DNA of 32,000 nucleotides from Nitrosococcus oceani ATCC 19707 (lineage in GTDB: Bacteria > Pseudomonadota > Gammaproteobacteria > Nitrosococcales > Nitrosococcaceae): the NCBI RefSeq assembly GCF_000012805.1, contig NC_007484.1:330001-362000 (forward strand), read 5' to 3'. The position numbers and the translations under genes are program-made. This document shows positions 19,655-28,160 of this stretch, piece after piece; the stretch's first letter is position 1; each line of letters starts with the position of its first letter. The notes beneath the pieces were generated by a model. The model was not told the DNA's origin, made no database searches, and worked only from the letters and a program-made list of their open reading frames with translations.

Positions 19655-20881
19655 ATGGCTAACCTGTTGAAGGTCACAACTTCACGCTTTCGCTGGCATT
19701 CATTATGGCGCAAGGTCCATTTATATCTGGCGCTGACGGTGGGTTTTTTCTTCGTGCTGCTAGGGCTGACCGGCTCGGTCAATGTTTTTCACTGGGAGTT
19801 GGAGGAACTGAGTCTGCCGGCGTTGGAAACAAGGGAGAGTCCTAAAGCGGGGCTGCCATTGAACGCCGTTATGGCCAACCTTCACCAGGCCCATCCCCAA
19901 CGCCAGGGTCGTTGGCTGCTGTTCATGCCAGGTTATGAGCGGGAGTACGTCTGGGCCATCTATCCCCATCCTGAAGAGACCCGTGACGTTTTTTTTGCTC
20001 CCCTGCGGGTTCAGCTTGATCCTGGCAGCGGTAAGCTGGTGGCCGAGCATTTTTGGGGTGAAACGCTGGGCACCCTCATCTACTCCCTTCATGCTAGTTT
20101 GTTGACCGGGATCATCTGGGACCGGGACATGGGCCTGATAGGATTTCAAACCGTCACCTTTCTGGGGTTGTTTTTACTGATTTCGGCGGCCATCGGCCTC
20201 TATTTGTGGTGGCCGCGCACAGGCACCTTCCTCAAGGCCATGCGTTTCCAGCGCCAAGGCCGTGTCACCCGCACTCACTTTGAACTGCACCGGCTGGTGG
20301 GCTTTTACGGCTCGGTCATTCTCCTGGTACTAGCCTTCACCGGCTTTTCCTTCGGTTACTACGATTACCTCAAACCCCTGGTGGCAGCATTCTCCCCTGT
20401 GGAGGCAAAGCATTTCAAAGACCCGGAGGGGCTAAAATCCACGCCGGTGCCGGGAACTCAGCCGATAACGATTGAGCAAGCTGTGGCCATTGCCAACCAG
20501 GTTTTTCCTAATGCTGAACTGCGCTGGTTGGCCACGCCGGAGGGCCCCGAAGGGGTCTACGCCATTGAAAAGCGTCAGCCGGGAGAGGCCAATCAGCGCC
20601 GCCCCCGCAGCAAGGTCTGGGTTGAGCAATACAGCGGCGAAGTGCTGGCCGTGGAAGACCCCAATAAATTCACTGCGGGGGAGACCTTTTTCAATCTCAT
20701 GTGGCCACTTCACAATGGCCAGGCTTTCGGTTTTCCTGGCCGTTTGCTTTGGTGTTTGGTGGGTTTCGTGCCACTCACTTTGTACATCACGGGTCTTACC
20801 CTGTGGTTGAGAAAGCGTCGGGTGCGCCGGCTTGCCCGGCACAAGGGTATGGCAGCTACGGTGGGTGGCCTCTGGCTCTGA
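19655..20881 (+). CDS. PepSY-associated TM helix protein (PiuB/FoxB-like iron-regulated inner-membrane protein)
   Basis: 408 aa from the ATG at 19655 (MANLLKV...WRKVHLYLAL). Four TM segments with large periplasmic loops, and a typical position next to TonB-dependent receptors. Confidence 0.85.
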   Translation: MANLLKVTTSRFRWHSLWRKVHLYLALTVGFFFVLLGLTGSVNVFHWELEELSLPALETRESPKAGLPLNAVMANLHQAHPQRQGRWLLFMPGYEREYVWAIYPHPEETRDVFFAPLRVQLDPGSGKLVAEHFWGETLGTLIYSLHASLLTGIIWDRDMGLIGFQTVTFLGLFLLISAAIGLYLWWPRTGTFLKAMRFQRQGRVTRTHFELHRLVGFYGSVILLVLAFTGFSFGYYDYLKPLVAAFSPVEAKHFKDPEGLKSTPVPGTQPITIEQAVAIANQVFPNAELRWLATPEGPEGVYAIEKRQPGEANQRRPRSKVWVEQYSGEVLAVEDPNKFTAGETFFNLMWPLHNGQAFGFPGRLLWCLVGFVPLTLYITGLTLWLRKRRVRRLARHKGMAATVGGLWL

Positions 20882-22981
20882 TTCCCTGCCGGGCGCCCGG
20901 GAAAGTGGGGGATAAAACTTAATCATCCGCCTCAAGGGATGGGTGCCCGGTTTTTTTCTGGTTAAGTCTTGCCGGGCCGGTTGGCTTACAGCCCCATAAA
21001 AAGCGTGGATAGGGCATAGCACATCCACCGATACCTTATGGTCAAACAGGAAGAAAAAAAATGAAGAAATCCTTTTCGCCGCTGGTCTTCTCTGCCAGTC
21101 TGGGAAGCAAGTTGTTCGTTGCCAGCTTAATATTTCCGCTTTCCGCCTTGGCGGCGGAGGTTATGGCCCAAGCCGATAGGGCGAAGCAAGAAGGCGGAGC
21201 AGAGAGGATCGAGCTGGCACCCATGACGGTGACGGGCCAGGCCCTGGAGCGCGGTTACATTGCTCCTAATGCTTCCACCGCTACTAAAACCGATACGCCC
21301 CTGATGGAAACGCCCATTTCTATTCAGGTAGTGCCCGAGGCGGTGGCGGAGGATCAACAAGCCATACGATTGGATGGCATTACCCAAAATGTCAGTGGCG
21401 TGCAGACCATGCGGCAATTGGGAATTTTGTTTGACAACTTCATCATCCGCGGGTTTACCTCATCCAATTTTAATGTGTATCGAGACGGCCTCAGGCTAGG
21501 GACACAATCCTTTGAGACGGCCAATTTGGAGCGGGTGGAAATTCTAAAAGGCCCCCCATCGGCCTTGTTTGGCCGCAGCAATCCGGGGGGGCTAGTCAAC
21601 ATGGTCACGAAAAAACCCTTAACCCAACCTTACTATGCCCTGAGTCAGCAATTCGGCTCCTATGATTTATATCGCACCACGCTGGATGCCACTGGAGCGA
21701 TAACGGATGATGGAGCTTTGGCCTACCGCCTCAATTTCGTTTACCTGGACAGCAACTCGTTTCGGGATTTTGTCGACAGGGAGCGTGTTTTCATGGCGCC
21801 CCAGTTCACCTGGAAACCCACGGAGGCGCTGGAAGTTAATTTCGGCTACGAATATAAAAACGATGACGTCACCGGCGACCGGGGCATTCCGGCCATTGGC
21901 AACCGTCCGGCCAAGGTATCCATTAGCCGGTTTATTGGCGAGCCTGACTTTTCATTACAGGAGGCGGAAAGCCATCTTGCCCATCTCAACTGGGCCTATC
22001 GATTTAACGAAAACTGGAAAATTCAGCAACGTTTTGCAGCTAACATTCTCGATACCTTCAATCGCAACATTGTCCCCCTGTCCCTGCAAGCCGATAACCG
22101 GACGATCAACAGAGGATTGTTCGGGGGGCTGACCAAGCGTGAAACCTATGCCACAGATATCCATGTGAACGGCCAATTCGACCTCTTTGGCGCCCGCCAT
22201 AATATTTTAGTTGGATTTGACTATCTGCGATTCACACAAAGTAGAGGCGCTACTTTTCTAGCCAGCGCCCCCTTTCTAAGCCCCATCGACGTGTTTGAAC
22301 CGGTCTATGGCACAACACAGATTCCAGACCTAGACACGTTACCCAAAAATAATTTTACCGATCTTAAAACCGAATGGTTCGGGGTCTATTTTCAAGACCA
22401 AATGGATCTAACCGAGCAGCTTCATTTACTCTTTAGTGGTCGCTACGATTGGGCTAAAACCGAAAGTGGATTTTCCACCACTTCCGCCCCTGAAGTGAGT
22501 ACCCTGTGGACGGATAAATTTAGCCCCCGGGTAGGCTTGGTGTATCAACCGTTGGCTTGGCTGTCCCTGTATGCCAACTGGACCCAAGCTTTGGGGGCTA
22601 ACAATGGACGCTCGGCGGATGGAAGCCCGTTTAAGCCGGAGTGGGCGGAGCAATTCGAAGGGGGATTTAAAATGGCGTTTTTTCAAGAGCGCTTGAATGC
22701 TTCCGTGGCAGTCTATGAATTGACCAAGGAGAATGTCTTGACCGCGGATATCTCCACCCCTGATCCATCAGACCAGGTGGCTATCGGAGAAGCTCGAAGC
22801 CAAGGAGTTGAGGTGGATTTCTCCGGTCAGATAACCGAGCAATGGGATTTGATTGGCAATTATGCCTATACCGCTACGGAAGTGCTGAAAGATAACAACG
22901 GCAATCAAGGCAATCGCCTGCCTAATGTGCCCAAGCACTCGGGGAGTGTGTGGACCACCTACGAGCTGCTAGAGAGCTTTA

Positions 22982-23003
22982 TATCTAAATTTATAAATAT
23001 TGA
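22982..23003 (+). repeat. IS630 left inverted repeat TATCTAAATTTATAAATATTGA
   Basis: Matches the reverse complement of 23862-23883 (TAGCTAAATCTATAATTACTGA) at 18/22 positions. Confidence 0.8.
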
Positions 23004-23033
23004 GACATTTGTGTTATATTCATTCATACTGTT

Positions 23034-23369
23034 GTGATGAGATGTTCAATTGATTTGCGCAAACGAGTAATCGATTTTGTAAGGGGCGGTGGAAGCAAGG
23101 CGGAAGCGGCCCGGAGATTTCAGGTAGGCCGCGCGAGCATTTATCGCTGGTTGTCGCAGGATGATGCGCTGTGTTACGAGCGTCCCGGCCCTCGCCGTTC
23201 ACACAAGCTGGACTGGGAGGCTTTACGGGTCCATGTGGAAGACAAGGCTGCTCTCACCTATAAAGAACGCGCCCGGCATTTTGGCGTTTCGTATTACTGT
23301 ATTTGGCATGCGATGCACAAAATGGGGTTAACCCGTAAAAAAAATGACGGGGTACACGCAGCGCTGTAA
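23034..23369 (+). CDS. IS630 transposase, N-terminal HTH part (orfA)
   Basis: MMRCSIDLRKRVIDFVRGGGSKAEAARRFQVGRASIYRWL is the typical IS630 N-terminal HTH. It terminates 8 codons after an A8 run (23337-23344). Confidence 0.8.
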   Translation: MMRCSIDLRKRVIDFVRGGGSKAEAARRFQVGRASIYRWLSQDDALCYERPGPRRSHKLDWEALRVHVEDKAALTYKERARHFGVSYYCIWHAMHKMGLTRKKNDGVHAAL

Positions 23370-23868
23370 TATGAAAAGAAAGAGCTTTCTTCGCCTTCGT
23401 GAACGCTATCGCCGCCGCGGCAAAAGATTTGTCTATCTTGATGAAAGCGGTTTTGAGCCGGAGGTTTCCCGTCGTTACGCTTACGCTCCAAAGGGGCGGC
23501 GTGTTTATGGTCTGATCTCCGGTCATCGCAGACCGCGAACCTCTTTATTGGCCGCCCGTATGGATGAAGGCTTTGAAGCGCCGTTTCTATTTGAGGGAAC
23601 CTGTAACACGGCTGTGTTCAATGCATGGCTGGAAAAAGAGCTTTGCCCCTTGCTCAACAGCAACCACATTGTCATCATGGATAATGCTCCGTTCCACAAA
23701 GCCGTTTCTTCACGTGAAATCATCAAAAAAACAGGGGCGGGAATTTTATTCCTCCCCCCTTATTCCCCTGACTTTAACCCCATAGAAAAAGACTTCGGAA
23801 ATATCAAAAAAATCAGAGAATACAACGAACATGAAACCCTTGAGAATATCGTTGCAGCGTATCAGTAA
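23344..23868 (+). CDS. IS630 transposase, catalytic DDE part (orfB, +1 frame relative to orfA)
   Basis: VYLDESGF (D1), IVIMDNAPFHK (D2) and PYSPDFNPIE (E), with 35 residues between D2 and E (DD35E). Confidence 0.8.
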   Translation: MTGYTQRCNMKRKSFLRLRERYRRRGKRFVYLDESGFEPEVSRRYAYAPKGRRVYGLISGHRRPRTSLLAARMDEGFEAPFLFEGTCNTAVFNAWLEKELCPLLNSNHIVIMDNAPFHKAVSSREIIKKTGAGILFLPPYSPDFNPIEKDFGNIKKIREYNEHETLENIVAAYQ

Positions 23869-23883
23869 TTATAGATTTAGCTA
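23862..23883 (-). repeat. IS630 right inverted repeat
   Basis: See the left IR. It overlaps the transposase stop codon (23866-23868), as is common in this family. Confidence 0.8.
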
Positions 23884-24680
23884 TAAGCTGGGCACCGGGG
23901 TTTTTATCGCAGGTCAGCGCCAAGCCAACGTGGCCAATGATTGGCAATTGCCGGGCTATGTGCGCTGGGACGCCATGGCAGCCTATTATTTCAAAGTGGG
24001 TAAGTCGAGACTCACGGCCCAGGTTAACGTGAAAAATATTTTGGATAAAAAATATTTTTCCTATGCCGATCAATTTGGAAATCCCAGGTTTGATGCCATG
24101 CCGGGAGCGCCGTTGACGGTCCTGGGTTCTTTGAAGCTTGCGTATTAATTTTCCTGTTCAGGTTTCATGCGTAAGGGCGGTTAGTTCTCCCCGGCCGCAC
24201 GCCGTAGGCCGGTGAGTTTGGCGCTATCACAGACATATTATTCTGTCCCCAAAACCAGCGAGACAAAAATTTTTACGGGATATACCGCATAAAACAAGGA
24301 AAATGGGTGAAATCACTGAATTTTTATCAATCTCCCGCCTAATATGCCGGCGCAGGGAAGCCCGTGAAAAGACCTCACTGGAATCTCGCCGGAGTAGCGG
24401 TTAGGTGCTCTTTTTCTGGCCTTTTTGCCCTGGGAGTACGGGTTGTTGAGGGGGATGAATGCTTCCAGATGGAATGTTGGCTAAAATTTTGCTTGTTCTT
24501 GGATATTAAGCTAGCTTAAGAGGTAGAAGCGAGGTAACCCCGGCCTCTTTCCTTGCCCACTTAGGGCTATTTTTCCGTCAAACCTTATCACCCGCGGGTT
24601 TACTTATGGGGGATTTAGGAACCCTGGCGCCTCTCTTAGATTCTAAGCTTATCAAGGAGTTGTGTTTACGGAGTGCACTG

Positions 24681-25184
24681 ATGATGACATATCTCTTTCA
24701 TGGGGTCCTAAAGAGGGCCATCTGGCTGCTTGTCTTGGGGATAGGTGCGGTAGCCGTAGCAGGAATAGGAACGGCCCCGCTGCCTTTTGAGTCCGGTAGT
24801 CTGGAAAAAATTCTCGATTCCCGTGCCGGCAAGCCGTTTTTGTTGGTCATGTGGTCCCTGGAGTGTCCCCCCTGCCGTAAAGAAATGGATCTGTTGGCGG
24901 AAATGCGCCGCCAGCATCCAAAGCTAGATGTGGTGCTCGTCTCTACCGATGAGATGGAACGGGCGGATCAAGTGACGGCGGCGGTTAAGGGCCATGGCCT
25001 AGAGAAAACCGAATCCTGGCTTTTTGCTGGCCCCGCTCAACGGCTCCGTTACGAGATTGATCCGGGCTGGTACGGGGAGATGCCGCGCAGCTATTTTTAC
25101 GATGCCAATCATAAGCGGGCTGCCGTCAGCGGGGCCTTGGAAGAAGCTCAAATCCAAGCCTGGCTTGAGCACGTGTATCCTTGA
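24681..25184 (+). CDS. Membrane-anchored thioredoxin-like (TlpA/redoxin-type) protein, CPPC active site
   Basis: N-terminal TM anchor, then LLVMWSLECPPCRKEM (Cys codons at 24864 and 24873). The start is chosen at the ATG 7 nt after GGAG. The ORF is open from 24606. Confidence 0.75.
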   Translation: MMTYLFHGVLKRAIWLLVLGIGAVAVAGIGTAPLPFESGSLEKILDSRAGKPFLLVMWSLECPPCRKEMDLLAEMRRQHPKLDVVLVSTDEMERADQVTAAVKGHGLEKTESWLFAGPAQRLRYEIDPGWYGEMPRSYFYDANHKRAAVSGALEEAQIQAWLEHVYP

Positions 25185-25196
25185 GAGGAGTTGGCA

Positions 25197-26396
25197 ATGA
25201 AGAAATTTTTACGAAGCCACCTGTGTGCAATGGTGTTGTTATGGTTGATAGGATATGGGGGGACGATGGCGAGCGCCTCGGAAATGTTGGTGCCGGAAAT
25301 CGAGACTCCTACTCCGGTAGGCAGCCGTCAGCATCAGCTCAATCAAACGGCTCAAGGGCAATTATTATTGAGTTGGGTAGAAAAGGGGGAGCAGGGTAGC
25401 CATCTGCGGTTTGCCGTTCTTGAAGCTGAGGGCTGGTCCGCTCCTCAAACCGTAGTGACGGTCCGCGGCAAGCTTGCTGCGGCCCCGGTGGTATTGGGTC
25501 TGAAAGACGGGGGGGCCTTAGCCGCCGCCTGGATGAGCAGTACTGAGCAGAAGGATAATCCTTTTGGCGCCGAACTTTATCTCTCCCGTTCCACGGATGG
25601 GGGCGAGAGCTGGAGTAAGCCGCTACAGCCCTATTCTGGGGAAGCCCGCATCTATGATGCGCAAATGTCCCTGGCCTCCCTTGATGATGGCCGTCTGGCA
25701 TTGGTGTGGACCGATCAGCGGCATAAGCCGGAACGCTATCAGCTCATGGCCACCCTGATTGATGGGCAGGGGAAGCCTGGCTCCGAGATGATCCTGGATA
25801 AGGATGTCTGCTCTTGTTGCAATACCCGTACCATTGCCCAGGGGGATACCTTGTGGACGGCCTACCGGGATCGTCTGGAAGGGGAAGTGCGGGATATAGC
25901 CTTGGTCCGCTGGTCTTCAGAAGGCCCCTCCCAGGCGAATATCGTGCATGATGACCAGTGGGTGATTGAAGGTTGCCCCAGCAACGGTCCTGCGGTGGCT
26001 AGGCGCGATGGGCTCACCATGGTGAGCTGGTTTACGGCGGCGGACGGTGTGGGCCGGGTGCGGACCGCTTTCTGGCCCGAGGGGGAGAATCATTTTGCAA
26101 AACCCATAGAAGTCGATGCCCATGCCAATGGCTATGTCAATGCCCTGCTGTTGGAAGACGGCTCCGCTCTGGTGGTTTGGCGGGGGCGGGTCGGTCCGAC
26201 GGAGGAGTTACGTCTGGCTCAGGTAAAGCAGGACGGTACAGTGCAGAATCAGATCGCGCTCTATCGCGGTGACTTTCCCCGTTGGCCTAGCCGGCATTTA
26301 AGCCTGGCGCAAGTGGGTGATTCGGTTTATGTGGCGTGGCTAGACCTTGAGCAAGCGCGGATACGATTGGTGAAAAGACCCATGCCCGCTGAGTAA
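25197..26396 (+). CDS. Secreted BNR/Asp-box (sialidase-like beta-propeller) protein with conserved-looking Cys motifs
   Basis: Signal peptide MKKFLRSHLCAMVLLWLIGYGGTMASA. One canonical Asp-box SRSTDGGESW. Repeated hydrophobic-W/Y blade pattern. CSCC (25809-25820) and GCPSNGP (25971-25991) motifs. GGAG lies 6 nt upstream of the ATG, and the gene starts 12 nt after the Trx-like stop. Confidence 0.72.
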   Translation: MKKFLRSHLCAMVLLWLIGYGGTMASASEMLVPEIETPTPVGSRQHQLNQTAQGQLLLSWVEKGEQGSHLRFAVLEAEGWSAPQTVVTVRGKLAAAPVVLGLKDGGALAAAWMSSTEQKDNPFGAELYLSRSTDGGESWSKPLQPYSGEARIYDAQMSLASLDDGRLALVWTDQRHKPERYQLMATLIDGQGKPGSEMILDKDVCSCCNTRTIAQGDTLWTAYRDRLEGEVRDIALVRWSSEGPSQANIVHDDQWVIEGCPSNGPAVARRDGLTMVSWFTAADGVGRVRTAFWPEGENHFAKPIEVDAHANGYVNALLLEDGSALVVWRGRVGPTEELRLAQVKQDGTVQNQIALYRGDFPRWPSRHLSLAQVGDSVYVAWLDLEQARIRLVKRPMPAE

Positions 26397-26431
26397 AGTA
26401 ATGCGCCTAAGCCCTAAAAGAGATAAAAAAT

Positions 26432-27581
26432 GTGTTGAAAGTCATACTTCCCCTGGCCTTGTTATTGGCCGGGGCCATGACCGCCTGGGCTATTTCTAGT
26501 CCCCACCCGCCTTGGAGACTACGCTACCCAAAATGGAACCCCCGCAGGTGGAGATAATGGCGGTGGAACCCCGCTCCGTGCGCTTGAAGATTCGCTCCCA
26601 AGGGACGGTAAGGGCTTGCACGGACATGAAATTGACTGCGCAAGTGGAGGGCAAAGTGGTCAAAATGGCCCCTGGTTTTAAGGAGGGGAAGTTTTTTAGG
26701 GAAGGGGATGTATTAATTCAAATCGAGCCGCGGGATTACGATTTGGCGGTGATCAAGGCCCAGGCACGGGTAGCGGCAGCCCAGGGCGAGTTGTTACGGG
26801 AGGAGGCTAAAGCGGATTTAGCTCGGAAGGATTGGGAGAGTATTGGCAAAGGGGAACCCAGTCCCCTGATGTTACGGATACCGGAACTTAAAGAGGCGCG
26901 GGCCCGGCTTCAGGCAGCTAAAGCCGCGCTTGAGGAGGCCCGGTTGCGCCGGGAGCGGACCGAACTGCAGGCCCCCTTCAATGGCCGTGTTCAGGAGCGG
27001 TGGGTCGAGGTAGGAGAATATGTGGAGGAGGGTACCCACTTGGCTCGGCTATTTGCTGTGGATAGAGCGGAAGCACGCCTGCCCCTGACTCCAGCTGAAC
27101 TAGCTTTTCTGGATCTACCCTTGGCCCCTCGACAGAACTTGGGGGAAAAAGGGCCTAAGGTGATGTTACAGGCTTCCCTGGCGGGAAAACGCCATTCCTG
27201 GGAGGGGCGGATCGTTCGCACCGAAGGAGTCATCGACGAAAAAACCCGGATGTTGTACGCCGTTGCCGAAGTGCGGGACCCTTACGGAGATCTGGGTCTT
27301 TCCCCGGGAGCGCTTCTGTTGGTGGGTTTGTTTGTGGAAGCGGAGATTGAAGGCCGGACTTTGGACCATGCCCATTTGCTTCCCCGCCAAGCTTTGCGTC
27401 AGCCAAGTACTGGTGGTCAATGGTGAGCATCGGGTCAGTTTTCGGGAGGTGGAGGCGCTGCGGGTCGGGGGGGAGTGGGTAGGCGGTGGTGCAAGGGAGT
27501 TTGCAGCGGGGTGAGGCGGTGGTGGTTTCGCTTTTACCCCAGGCAGTGGAAGGCATGGAAGTCAAGGTAGGACCGGCTTAG
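26432..27581 (+). pseudogene. RND/HlyD-family efflux periplasmic adaptor (MFP), three frameshifts
   Basis: The TM anchor VLKVILPLALLLAGAMTAWA is in frame 2. The body (lipoyl, coiled-coil and beta-barrel regions) is in frame 1 (26512-27426). VLVVNGEHRVSFREVEALRVGGEWV is in frame 2. VVQGSLQRGEAVVVSLLPQAVEGMEVKV is in frame 3, ending at 27581. The 1150-nt length is not divisible by 3. Confidence 0.8.
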
Positions 27582-27765
27582 ATAGATGGACTCCTTTTCT
27601 TGTTTTGGTCTGATTCGCGAAAAAACCCGCAGCGGCTTTTCTTACGTTGATGGAAGTATGCGCTATTGTATACCGTTTCAAGGGGAGGCGCCTGCTTCCA
27701 GCATGAGTAACTTCTAAAGGTGGGAGCGTATTCCTTTTCCTGCCTTTGCTTTTTTGCGATCCAAT

Positions 27766-28158
27766 TCAGGCCTCAGCTTCTTCGGCAAGACGCTGTGCCA
27801 ATGCCTCGCTTAATTGCTCAAGCGCCGATCCCATAATGAGTCCAGCATGGCTATGGTAAAGGCAAAGTTCGCAGTCTACTGGTTCATGCAGGCCGTAACG
27901 CTCGGCGGTGTCGAAGGAGCGCCAAGCGAGGATCGGCAAATCCTTGTGTAAGCCATCCACGCATAACCACATCTGGTTGTCCAGAACAACCTCAAGTCCC
28001 CGGTGAGCAGGTAGCTCCACCCGTAAGGGCCGTCCCAGCCGCCGGAGGGCAAGCCGCACCCGGTTGAAGTGGGTTGCTTCGATTGTTTTTGACAGAACCC
28101 GGAGGGGCGTTGTCTCATCAGATCTCTTCAAGGTTCCCATACTCTTAGGCTGCTTCAT
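27766..28158 (-). CDS. Hypothetical 130-aa protein, last gene of the cbb operon
   Basis: The ORF starts 2 nt after the cbbX stop on the same strand. No motif I recognise except a C-x2-C-x2-H-x-H cluster (DCELCLYHSH). An alternative start is at Met7. Confidence 0.6.
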   Translation of the reverse strand: MKQPKSMGTLKRSDETTPLRVLSKTIEATHFNRVRLALRRLGRPLRVELPAHRGLEVVLDNQMWLCVDGLHKDLPILAWRSFDTAERYGLHEPVDCELCLYHSHAGLIMGSALEQLSEALAQRLAEEAEA

Positions 28159-28160
28159 AG

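Larger units (their letters stand above)
22982..23883 (+). mobile_element. IS630/Tc1-mariner family insertion sequence (902 bp, ISY100-like small subgroup), TA target duplication
   Basis: 22-bp terminal inverted repeats, 18/22 identical. They are flanked by TA at 22980-22981 and 23884-23885. The element encodes an HTH plus DD35E transposase in two frames. Confidence 0.87.
21061..24148 (+). pseudogene. TonB-dependent siderophore-type receptor interrupted by an IS630-family insertion
   Basis: Signal peptide, plug (IQVVPEAV, ILKGPPSALFG) and barrel are present. The reading frame runs into the IS at 22982 and resumes at 23886. Joining 21061-22981 to 23886-24148 gives 2184 nt, a clean 727-aa ORF ending ...LKLAY. 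Confidence 0.9.

Noticed and set aside
20911-20930. Fur-box candidate GATAAAACTTAATCATCCGC upstream of receptor 2
   Set aside because: Only about 10/19 positions match GATAATGATAATCATTATC, and it lies 130 bp from the ATG. That is too weak to call without a PWM score or conservation.
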